DNA of 64,000 nucleotides from Schmidtea polychroa (Eukaryota): NCBI GenBank assembly GCA_044892525.1, contig CM097887.1, positions 102,216,397 to 102,280,396 of the forward strand, read 5' to 3'. Shown piece by piece: positions 40,961 to 49,963 of this stretch (position 1 is its first letter; each line of letters starts with the position of its first letter). The notes under the pieces were generated by a model. It saw only the letters and a program-made list of their open reading frames with translations, ran no database searches and was not told where the DNA came from. The position numbers and the translations under genes were made by a program.

Positions 40961-42043
40961 TGTTGAGGTCTCGATATTCGGGAACACTCAACTTACTGGT
41001 TCCTATATATATATATCAAAACAAAGACAAATATATGTATTAAGCTTTATTATAATCAACAATTACCAAATATAAAAAATTTGCAATGCTTTGACAATTC
41101 TTTTTCAATATCTTTTTCTGAAATGCTTGTAAAAATTATATGTGTATTGTTATATGTTGTGTAATGCGTGTTGTACCTTAGTATGTTTAGTCTATATGTG
41201 AATCTTTTTGTGCTGATTCGGGTATTGAGCTATTCTAAGGATTAACCTTTGAATAAGAGTTTTTCGCTGAAATTTTTGGGCGAACAAAATGAATTTTGTA
41301 TCGCTATTTATATTAATTTTTTAGACATAAAATCAAGAGTTATTATTTTCAAGAATACTTAAAATAATTTATTATTATTTTCTATTATTATAAAATCAAG
41401 ATTTATTATTTTCAAGAATACTTAAAATAATTTATTATTATTTTCTATTATCAAGAGTTATTATTTTCAAGAATAATTTGTTATTATTTTTATATGTGTA
41501 CTCAATGGATTTATTTCAAACACTTAAATTATTATTTTTATATTTCAAGTGTTCTTATGCTTAAAAAAAAGAATTTTCTTTTAACAGATGTTTTATAATT
41601 ATTATTTTGTAGAACTAATTAATTTTCATATTAATAATTGTTCTTTTATAAAACTAATAAATTTACCCTTTATATATATTTATTTTTTTGTGTTTACCGA
41701 TACAATTACAAATAAAAATAAAAATAAAGTTAGAAACACACAAAATGTCACACAGATAAAGTAAATAGGTCACATAGAATAATGTCAATAAGATATACTA
41801 CAAAATGAAAAATGAATAGGTCAATGTTAATTCATCACACAGAAGTTATTGTCATCATTTGATGAATTTGATTGAGGAATTGAATTGTTGGTTGCTATTT
41901 GATGCATTGGATTGTTGGGGAATTGGGCTATTTGATTTACCTACGCTCTTCAGCGCACACATTGATTCTATATTTTTTGGGCCCAGTCTTATAATATTTA
42001 TTTAAGCTAAATGTAGTGATGGGCCTACCCTCATCATCTAACA
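40961..42043 (-). repeat. 3' LTR
   Basis: Direct repeat of 53470-54552. Internal 63-bp tandem duplication at about 41327-41452. Confidence 0.97.
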
Positions 42044-43853
42044 TTCCTCCCTGGGCCGTTAAGATAATGTCCGCATTATCTCTTTCACTACGTACCAGCT
42101 CGATTTCATTATCTTTTATCAGCATTCTCGTTTTGCTGAAGCCTTTTGCCAATGCGAGATTTAATGTGTCGCCATCATTTATACGCCTTCCAAAATGTCG
42201 GGTCAATTCCTTTTCTGTAATCTGGTCCTTCTCCTTGGGTATGATAAAATTGGGTTCCTCCTCGATTGCGATATCTGGTTCCGGTCCCAATTCGTCTATA
42301 TCCATATTTTCCTCCTCTTGCTCGTTAATTGAGAAGTATTCCTCATCAGAGTCGAGGTCGCATTCCATTAGTTTTCCTGGATGGAATTTTGGTTCCTGTA
42401 ATTCCAGTTTGACTGTTGCTTCAGGCATTCGTATTTTCTCCTCTTCGATGAATATTACGTCGTCATCGCTTTCCATTAATTCATTTTCGAAAGTCCTGCG
42501 TGTCCCGTCTTTATTAAATTTCAATTCGATTTGCGATAGTTCTATATAAATGTCTTCTTCATCGCCTGACATATCCTCTAGACTACTTTCTTTAATGGGA
42601 TATAACTGATCTTTCATTTGTTGTTCACTGAAGGCGTCTGAGTCCCATTTAACAACTTCTTCCCATTGATTTTCCACGATTGCATATATCACTTTGACGA
42701 TCATCGTGATTTGCCATGCTGGAAATGGTTCTGGTTCACGCAGCATTCTATTTATGCGTTTGTCTTTGTCCCACCTTTTGTGATGTCTGATTACCTGGTA
42801 TGCCAGGTTGGACAATTTTATCTTGTGTGGCGCAACGTTTTTGACGTACGAACACATAAATATATCTTCCGACATTTCTCTAACTCCCATAACATTATAG
42901 AGATCTAATGTGAGAGCTTTGAGTTTTCCAATGATGTCGAATCCTACGACTATTTTTCCGCAAAGTAACTGTTGGATTTCGACCAGTGCTTCGTATTCAT
43001 CTTTATTCCCGATGATATTTTCCTTGTTGGCCTTTGTCTTCTCTGGATAATAATGTAGGATTTTCGTTCTAGGTGTAATTTTCTCATCAAATATTGTTAC
43101 ACCCTTAAAATTCCGTATGCTGACCTCTACTGGCCTTAAGTTATTGTTGATGTCGCATACTAATTTTGCATCCACAAACATTATCAGATGATGTCTCTCC
43201 GCCGTGGATAATTCTTTGTGGGTAAATGACATTTTTCTTCTGATGAAATCTCCATGCATATAAATGTTTGATTTAATGAGTTCCAACTGCTGAAATGGAT
43301 TTGGGATAGTGGGTATGTATAATATTTCGATCGCTATGACACAGGGTAGGCTGTTCATTTGGACTATCAATTCATTGTAGTCGTTTGGGACACTCCGATC
43401 ATTTTTTGTAGTTTTTATTGTTATGGTGCAATTGCTCGTGGTGATTAACGGTATCCTTTGTTGGCATATTGCTACCTCTGTTTTTGTGATGTGAAATAAA
43501 ATTCTATGGGGCACTTTCTTTCCAGCTCTTGCAGCCTCCTCTGCATTGGGGAATTTGTCATACGCTCCGATTAATTCTCTTAATTTGACTCTTCTTGCTT
43601 CGTTGAATTTGATGAGATGCAATTCCCTTTCTTCTATCTCAATTTTCATATCATTAGGAATGCATACTTGGTTGGGGAAACTTCTAATAGTAATGGGAGT
43701 ACCATCTGTACTGATCTTATTTTGCAGGTTTTTATAGAAACTGTGGTAGTGTTTCTGTAACATCGGCACGTATTGCCTTATTTTCTGAGTTTCAGGATTT
43801 CGCTGAGGTTTTGCTCTTTGAGAATGCATGTGAACTGACGTATGTGGGTGCAT
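41937..43853 (-). CDS. ORF3: accessory protein with a REXO4/ISG20-like DEDDh fold (catalytically degenerate) and an acidic C-terminal region
   Basis: The frame is open from 44267. The probable start is the ATG at 43853, after an AG acceptor at 43993. VSIRNFKGVTIFDEKITP and LLCGKIVVGFD align by eye with REXO4 motifs. Confidence 0.75.
   Translation of the reverse strand: MHPHTSVHMHSQRAKPQRNPETQKIRQYVPMLQKHYHSFYKNLQNKISTDGTPITIRSFPNQVCIPNDMKIEIEERELHLIKFNEARRVKLRELIGAYDKFPNAEEAARAGKKVPHRILFHITKTEVAICQQRIPLITTSNCTITIKTTKNDRSVPNDYNELIVQMNSLPCVIAIEILYIPTIPNPFQQLELIKSNIYMHGDFIRRKMSFTHKELSTAERHHLIMFVDAKLVCDINNNLRPVEVSIRNFKGVTIFDEKITPRTKILHYYPEKTKANKENIIGNKDEYEALVEIQQLLCGKIVVGFDIIGKLKALTLDLYNVMGVREMSEDIFMCSYVKNVAPHKIKLSNLAYQVIRHHKRWDKDKRINRMLREPEPFPAWQITMIVKVIYAIVENQWEEVVKWDSDAFSEQQMKDQLYPIKESSLEDMSGDEEDIYIELSQIELKFNKDGTRRTFENELMESDDDVIFIEEEKIRMPEATVKLELQEPKFHPGKLMECDLDSDEEYFSINEQEEENMDIDELGPEPDIAIEEEPNFIIPKEKDQITEKELTRHFGRRINDGDTLNLALAKGFSKTRMLIKDNEIELVRSERDNADIILTAQGGMLDDEGRPITTFSLNKYYKTGPKKYRINVCAEERR
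42044..42052 (-). promoter_or_regulatory. Polypurine tract
   Basis: AGGGAGGAA directly abuts the 3' LTR start on minus. Confidence 0.7.
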
Positions 43854-44127
43854 TGATTTGTTTGAATGAAGACGATTGGATTGATTAGATTGGCTGATTT
43901 GATTTTGGGTTATTGGAGGATCGATTTGATTAGACTGATTTATTTGGGGATTGATTTGACTGAATTGATTCGATAAACTTCTTATTACTATTCTAAAAAC
44001 AAATAATAAATATTTATGCTTGTTGCGCATTTGAGGTTTAACCTTATACGCAGTTATATAAATATTAATATATATACTTTTATTATATATCATTGACCAA
44101 TTTATGTAATTAAAATTTTTTAAGTTA

Positions 44128-47100
44128 TTATACCAGTGTGGACAGAGTATATTGTCCAGGGATATATTTGTCCAAGTGAAAATGCCCTGGTGCTTCTTTG
44201 ACCAGTCGGTGCCGATACCGCTGCCTTTTCCACTTGTACTTTTTATAAACTTGTACACTAGTGACAATTGCTAAAATCGCGAATGATACTACACTTGTAG
44301 CTATTATATAAAAAGGCCATTGTGGTTTGCTTGCTTTCTTTTGAAATACTTGTAATTCATTCCAGTTATTTATAACTATCGGTTTTCCTGTAGGTAATTT
44401 TATCAGTTTCCTATCAGACTGTCTTGGATTTTTCATTATTAATTTTTTATATATTTGTCTAACCGCTTTAAATGTCGTTTTCCTATATATATTCGTTATC
44501 GTTTGTGATATAGGATGTGTGGGTGTTGAATTTATAGTAGTTGTTTTTCTGGTTGTTGATATCTTCTTTCTTTTTGGTTTTCTTATTCTAAGTCTATTTA
44601 TTTTAGTAGTTTTTAGTCTTTTGCACCTTATCTGTGATGTGTCAACTAATGTATTCCATTGTGCACAAAGTGTGTAATTAGTGTTGGGTTGTAGATTTCC
44701 GAATTCAACATTATCCCCTCTCTCAAATTCATTAGTTGATCTATTTTCAATTTTTTTCATAAGTTTGGGTATATTATCCCTAGTTTCCAGATACAAGTCT
44801 CTTATTGGTGATTTATTTAAGTTATATACTCTAATTTTATATGGTGAAATGTTGATTAAAATATCTTCAGCCATGTATTCTACTGAGTGTATGTTTTCGT
44901 TTTCCACTTCAGTTGATTTACACAACCCTATAATTGTTAAAAATGTCGCTGCCATCATCAGTGCTTTTTGCGATCGTAATCCATATTTGTGAGGTGGTTT
45001 TTCTACTAACTCTGTTTCTGCTAATTTGCATCTGTTAACATGTACTATTATAGGATCCTCATTTTTATGTTTTTGTAAATGCAGGTTTTCATGTATTACT
45101 TTTACTACCTCGTATGGTCCTTTAAATGGTCTTGCTAATTTAGTTGTTTTGCCTTTTCCTACTTGTGGAGACATAAGTCTAACCTTATCTCCCACTTTAA
45201 AATTATGAGGTTTGCTATTTTTATCGTAATCTGCTTTATATTGTTCTTGTCTGAATTTAACTTTTAAATTTGCAACCTTGTATACCTCTTGTAATTTCTC
45301 TTGCATTAATGTTACATAATCTGGCGCATCTAAATATTGTGATACTCGAGGCTCAAAAATTGTATCAATCGGTGTCGCCGGCTCTCTTAAGAACATTAGA
45401 AAATATGGTGAATATCCCGTTGTCTCATTTGGTGTGATATTATGGATGTATGTACATTGATTAACGTATTCATCCCAATCATTTTGGTTTTTTCCCACAA
45501 ACACAGCTAATCTACTTAGCAATGTCCCATTGAACCTCTCTACTAAACCATCGGTCTGAGGGTGGTATGCTGTTGTGTTGATTTTATGCATGTTAAATAT
45601 GTTAGCTACTCTTTTTATAGTTTCACTCATGAAATTTTTCCCTTTATCTGTTAATAATTTTCTCGGTGTACCGATTTTAAAGATTATTTTTTCCACAAGT
45701 AATTTAGCTACTGTTTCCGCTGTTTCATCTTTAGTGGGAAATGCCTCTGCCCATTTTGTAAAATAATCGCTAAAAACTAGTATGTGCTTATTCCCATTAA
45801 TTGTTGTGGGTAGTTTGCACAAAAAATCCATTGCGCACAGTTCCATTGGTGATGTTGTAGCTGGGATTGGGTGTAAAGGTGCTTTAATTTTTGTTCCTGT
45901 ATTTTTTCTAGTTGCGCATATTGTGCATGCATTACACCATCTCTTGACATCCTTTTTCAAATCGTCCCAATAATATTTTTGCATCAATCTGCTTGCTGTT
46001 TTCCTACTTGATAAATGACCCCCTAGAGCACCATCGTGATATTGTAACAGAAGAATTTGTCTTAATCTTTGTGGTACTACTATTAATTGTTTACCGCTAA
46101 AATCCTCAATAACAATTAACTTCTTACAGATTTTATACTTTTGGTTAGTTCCCTTTTTTATTTCTTCTCTTATCTTGAAGAGTTCTGGATCTTTCATTTG
46201 TTCCTCATATATTTCTATTGGTTTTTCGGTTACTAATGCAAAAACTTCTAGTGCTCCTAACTCTGGAATTCGTGATAATGCATCTGCATTCCTGTTTATT
46301 CTACCTGGTTTGTATGCAATCTTTATGTGCATGTCTTGTATTTTCATTGCCCATTTTAACAGTCTACTGGATGTATCTTTATGTTTCCATAACCCTTCTA
46401 ATGGCTTATGGTCTGTTCTAATTACTACTTCAGTTCCATATATGTATGGTTTAAATTGTTTTAATGCAAAAACTATAGCATAACATTCTTTCTCAATTGT
46501 TGAGTACCTAATCTGTGCTCCTTTTAATGTTTTGCTTGCATAAGCTATTACATAATCTTTACCCTTTTCCTCTTCTTGTCCTAAGACTGCCCCTACGGCC
46601 TTCCCGCTGGCGTCTGTCATGATAATAAACTGTTTTTTAAAGTCTGGGTATCTTAGTATCGGTGCTGTTATTAATTTTTCTTTTAGTTGATCAAAAGCTT
46701 TTTGGTGTTCATCTTTCCATTTCTTTTGTGGCTTGTTAATTTTATCGTTAATTTCCTGCACTATTAACACTCCTTTACTCTCTCCCTTTGTTTTGACTCC
46801 TTTTGTTAATTCAATTAGTGGTGCTGCTATTTTTGCATAATCTTGTATGAATTTACGATAATATCCTGTGAGACCTAAAAATCCCTGTACTTGTTGTAAT
46901 GTTTTTGGAACTGGGAATTTTTTAACTACTTCAATTTTATCGGGATTAGGTATTATACCATCTACTGTAACTATATGTCCTAAGAATAATGCTGAAGGTT
47001 CTGCCCATTTACACTTAGTGGGTTTTATTTTGATTTTTGCTTTTCTTAATCTTTCTAGTACGTTAGCTATATCTTTTAGATGTTCCTCAAATGTTTTTGA

Positions 47101-49938
47101 TGAAATTAATATATCATCCATGTATACTGCGCAATGTTGTACGTCTACTAATACTGTATTCATTAAACGTTGAAATGTTGCTGGCGCATTAGTTAACCCA
47201 AAAGGTAATCTTGTATATTCATATAAACCGTCTTCTATCACAAAAGCTGTCTTTTCCGCATCCCCCTCTTCCATTTGAATTTGGATGTAGCCTTTATTTG
47301 CATCTATTACTGTGAAATATTTAGTATCTCTAAGTTTATCATATTGTTCTTGTGCTTTTGGGAATGGGTATGAGTCTTTTACTGTTACATCATTTAATTT
47401 ACGATAATCAATGCACATTCGAATTTCCCCGTCTTTCTTTCTAACTGGTACGATAGGTGATGCCCATTGTGAAAAACTTTGTTTTATTACGCCTGCCTCT
47501 TTTAATTCTTTAATTTGTCGTTTTATTTCCTCCCTCAGTTTATATGGTACACTATAGGGTCTCTGTTTTATTGGTCTAGCATTCCCTGTATCGATTACAT
47601 GTTTGATAATGTCAGTATCTCCTAAATCAAATTCGTGTTTTGCAAAAACATCACTGTATTCGTCAAGTAATATTTGTAGTTGTAGTTGTTGTGTTTCATT
47701 TAGATAATTATTATTTATTTTAATTTTATCATAAAATTTGATATTATTCGCTCTACTCTGTTCGACCATTCTTTCACTGACATCCTTCGTCATCGACATC
47801 TCACATACTTCAAATGTTTGCTCTAATTCACCTTTGAACAACTTTCCCAATTTTGTACCTTTATGAATTTTTACTTTATTTCTTTCGTAATTCGCGATTC
47901 TTATTGGAATTATCCCATTATTTGGAATTACACACTCGTCTGTTAACATTACGTTATGATTTCGTGATATTGCCGTTTCAGGCTCGAAAATGAAAGTGTC
48001 CTCACTTTTAACATTAACTTTTACTGGAATTATATGATCACTTTGATACTCTAGTTCAAATGTCTCTAATGCAATTACCTCAGTAAATCTTGCGTCTTGA
48101 TATATTGCCTTCCGTTTGACTGTACTATCCGTTAAATCGATTACACAGTTTTTTAACTTTTTGAGTATGTCCATCCCAAGGACACATACGCATTTACATT
48201 CTGCTACTACCTTGAAGACATGTTCAACCACTTGATCCGAAAAGTGGACTGTTAATTCGATATCTCCTTTTAATGGTATGTAATGTGATGATAATGAAAT
48301 TACTCTATCTCTTGTGCTCACAATATTTTTCTTTTGGTTTCCGGTTAACTGATCTTCACGAATCATAGAAGCTGCTGCTCCTGTGTCACATAATGCCTTT
48401 ATTATCGTATCATTTATCACTATTTGTAATTTAGGCCTTGATTCATTTAACCCTTCTAATATATCGTCAAGTTCTAACCCGTAACATCCATAAGTTTTCC
48501 TTGGAACACCATGACAATTACCATTTTCACCTGGGATTCTTATTTCAATATTATTTCTTAATTCTGTCAATTGTTCTCTTTGATTATCATATAACCCAAT
48601 ATGTGGTTGCTCAATATTTTCTGATCTGTTTGTATCGTCCTCTTTTTCATTGGTGATAATTATTTCACCCTCTTCCCTTCGACTTTTCATCCGTTTGATT
48701 TCCTTATCGTGCCTCGCAGTGATCAAATATTTGGCTATGAATGGACATAAACATGCTATCATTTTATATGAATTACCAAAAACTTGTCTCAGTTGTCTTA
48801 ACGAAACTAATGATGAGCAAATCATTTTCAATAGTGCTACTGTATAATATATACCCAATATAGTGGAAAACGTATTTCCGAGAATCGCAAAATATCCCCA
48901 TATGCTGTATAATACTCTATACACAACTTTCTTGAAGTGCTCTTTTGATAATAATACATCAAAGTTGTAATTTCCTCCATAACTATTTTCTATGATCTTG
49001 TTTACCATGATAGAAAGAACTTTTTCTTTTTCATGAGGAAATAACATATGTTTTCTGGCGCTCTCTATCGCCTCTCTCGTATACATCCCATTGTTATCCA
49101 TTTCGTTGACTTCCTGAAATTCTAACTTTTTCTCAAGTTCAGTTAGTTCTAGTTTTTGTGGTTTAGTTGCTTCCTTTCTATCTGACATTGTAATCCACAT
49201 ATCATCATTTATTTTGTATAACGGATCTAATAGATTTGTACATTTATCGATTTTTCTCGGGACATAGTCTTTATCTGTTAATATCCTTGTTATTGGTTGG
49301 AGATACACCGTTTCTCCTTTATATACTACTGGTAGTTCGTTTGTGCACTTACTATTTGTTGCTAAAGATACGCTAACCGGTTTACACTGAAATGTTTGTA
49401 TCACTTCGCCGACAACTCTTGCAAATGTCCCTTTTTCTGCAAATAAAATTGGTGCCATTAAATCTGGGTTTGTGACTGCAACCGCCATCTTTGTTCTTAA
49501 AATTTCTCTGTTAAGTTTACAATCGTTTGCAATAGTTGCTTGATATACTTTGTCCAATTGTACTAACTGATGATGATAAAAGTAGTCGATTTTATTATTA
49601 AAATATGACGCTAGCTTGACATCGAATTTATCTATTCTTGATTTTGCCTCTTTAATTTCACTTCCGCTGATATAAATTCCCTCGTAATTTGTTTGTATGA
49701 CTGCCTTACCACATTTAATACTTTCACCTTTTCCCACAAACCTCATCGCCTCTGTTTCAGAATCTGACATGTATATTGTTGGGGTATCTCTCTCTTGAAT
49801 TATCGTTGCTCGTCGTTTTTGGTCTTTGATATTCTTGGAATCTACATCCGTGAACTGTTTACCTCGTATCGTTCTGAATTTCAGTGTCTTTAGTTTAGTT
49901 AGATGGCATTCGTATTTATTTACCTTGTATATGATCAT
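44128..49938 (-). CDS. pol: Glycoprotein C-terminal half + protease + RT + RNase H + integrase + FnIII-like membrane protein
   Basis: 1936-aa open frame. ALCDTGA (48379-48387), YMDD (47113-47124), TDASGKAVGAVL, HHCC, D-D-E, GPY, then a signal-like segment and a C-terminal TM. Confidence 0.95.
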   Translation of the reverse strand: MIIYKVNKYECHLTKLKTLKFRTIRGKQFTDVDSKNIKDQKRRATIIQERDTPTIYMSDSETEAMRFVGKGESIKCGKAVIQTNYEGIYISGSEIKEAKSRIDKFDVKLASYFNNKIDYFYHHQLVQLDKVYQATIANDCKLNREILRTKMAVAVTNPDLMAPILFAEKGTFARVVGEVIQTFQCKPVSVSLATNSKCTNELPVVYKGETVYLQPITRILTDKDYVPRKIDKCTNLLDPLYKINDDMWITMSDRKEATKPQKLELTELEKKLEFQEVNEMDNNGMYTREAIESARKHMLFPHEKEKVLSIMVNKIIENSYGGNYNFDVLLSKEHFKKVVYRVLYSIWGYFAILGNTFSTILGIYYTVALLKMICSSLVSLRQLRQVFGNSYKMIACLCPFIAKYLITARHDKEIKRMKSRREEGEIIITNEKEDDTNRSENIEQPHIGLYDNQREQLTELRNNIEIRIPGENGNCHGVPRKTYGCYGLELDDILEGLNESRPKLQIVINDTIIKALCDTGAAASMIREDQLTGNQKKNIVSTRDRVISLSSHYIPLKGDIELTVHFSDQVVEHVFKVVAECKCVCVLGMDILKKLKNCVIDLTDSTVKRKAIYQDARFTEVIALETFELEYQSDHIIPVKVNVKSEDTFIFEPETAISRNHNVMLTDECVIPNNGIIPIRIANYERNKVKIHKGTKLGKLFKGELEQTFEVCEMSMTKDVSERMVEQSRANNIKFYDKIKINNNYLNETQQLQLQILLDEYSDVFAKHEFDLGDTDIIKHVIDTGNARPIKQRPYSVPYKLREEIKRQIKELKEAGVIKQSFSQWASPIVPVRKKDGEIRMCIDYRKLNDVTVKDSYPFPKAQEQYDKLRDTKYFTVIDANKGYIQIQMEEGDAEKTAFVIEDGLYEYTRLPFGLTNAPATFQRLMNTVLVDVQHCAVYMDDILISSKTFEEHLKDIANVLERLRKAKIKIKPTKCKWAEPSALFLGHIVTVDGIIPNPDKIEVVKKFPVPKTLQQVQGFLGLTGYYRKFIQDYAKIAAPLIELTKGVKTKGESKGVLIVQEINDKINKPQKKWKDEHQKAFDQLKEKLITAPILRYPDFKKQFIIMTDASGKAVGAVLGQEEEKGKDYVIAYASKTLKGAQIRYSTIEKECYAIVFALKQFKPYIYGTEVVIRTDHKPLEGLWKHKDTSSRLLKWAMKIQDMHIKIAYKPGRINRNADALSRIPELGALEVFALVTEKPIEIYEEQMKDPELFKIREEIKKGTNQKYKICKKLIVIEDFSGKQLIVVPQRLRQILLLQYHDGALGGHLSSRKTASRLMQKYYWDDLKKDVKRWCNACTICATRKNTGTKIKAPLHPIPATTSPMELCAMDFLCKLPTTINGNKHILVFSDYFTKWAEAFPTKDETAETVAKLLVEKIIFKIGTPRKLLTDKGKNFMSETIKRVANIFNMHKINTTAYHPQTDGLVERFNGTLLSRLAVFVGKNQNDWDEYVNQCTYIHNITPNETTGYSPYFLMFLREPATPIDTIFEPRVSQYLDAPDYVTLMQEKLQEVYKVANLKVKFRQEQYKADYDKNSKPHNFKVGDKVRLMSPQVGKGKTTKLARPFKGPYEVVKVIHENLHLQKHKNEDPIIVHVNRCKLAETELVEKPPHKYGLRSQKALMMAATFLTIIGLCKSTEVENENIHSVEYMAEDILINISPYKIRVYNLNKSPIRDLYLETRDNIPKLMKKIENRSTNEFERGDNVEFGNLQPNTNYTLCAQWNTLVDTSQIRCKRLKTTKINRLRIRKPKRKKISTTRKTTTINSTPTHPISQTITNIYRKTTFKAVRQIYKKLIMKNPRQSDRKLIKLPTGKPIVINNWNELQVFQKKASKPQWPFYIIATSVVSFAILAIVTSVQVYKKYKWKRQRYRHRLVKEAPGHFHLDKYIPGQYTLSTLV

Positions 49939-49963
49939 TGACTCACCTGTATCGCAGCTGGTC

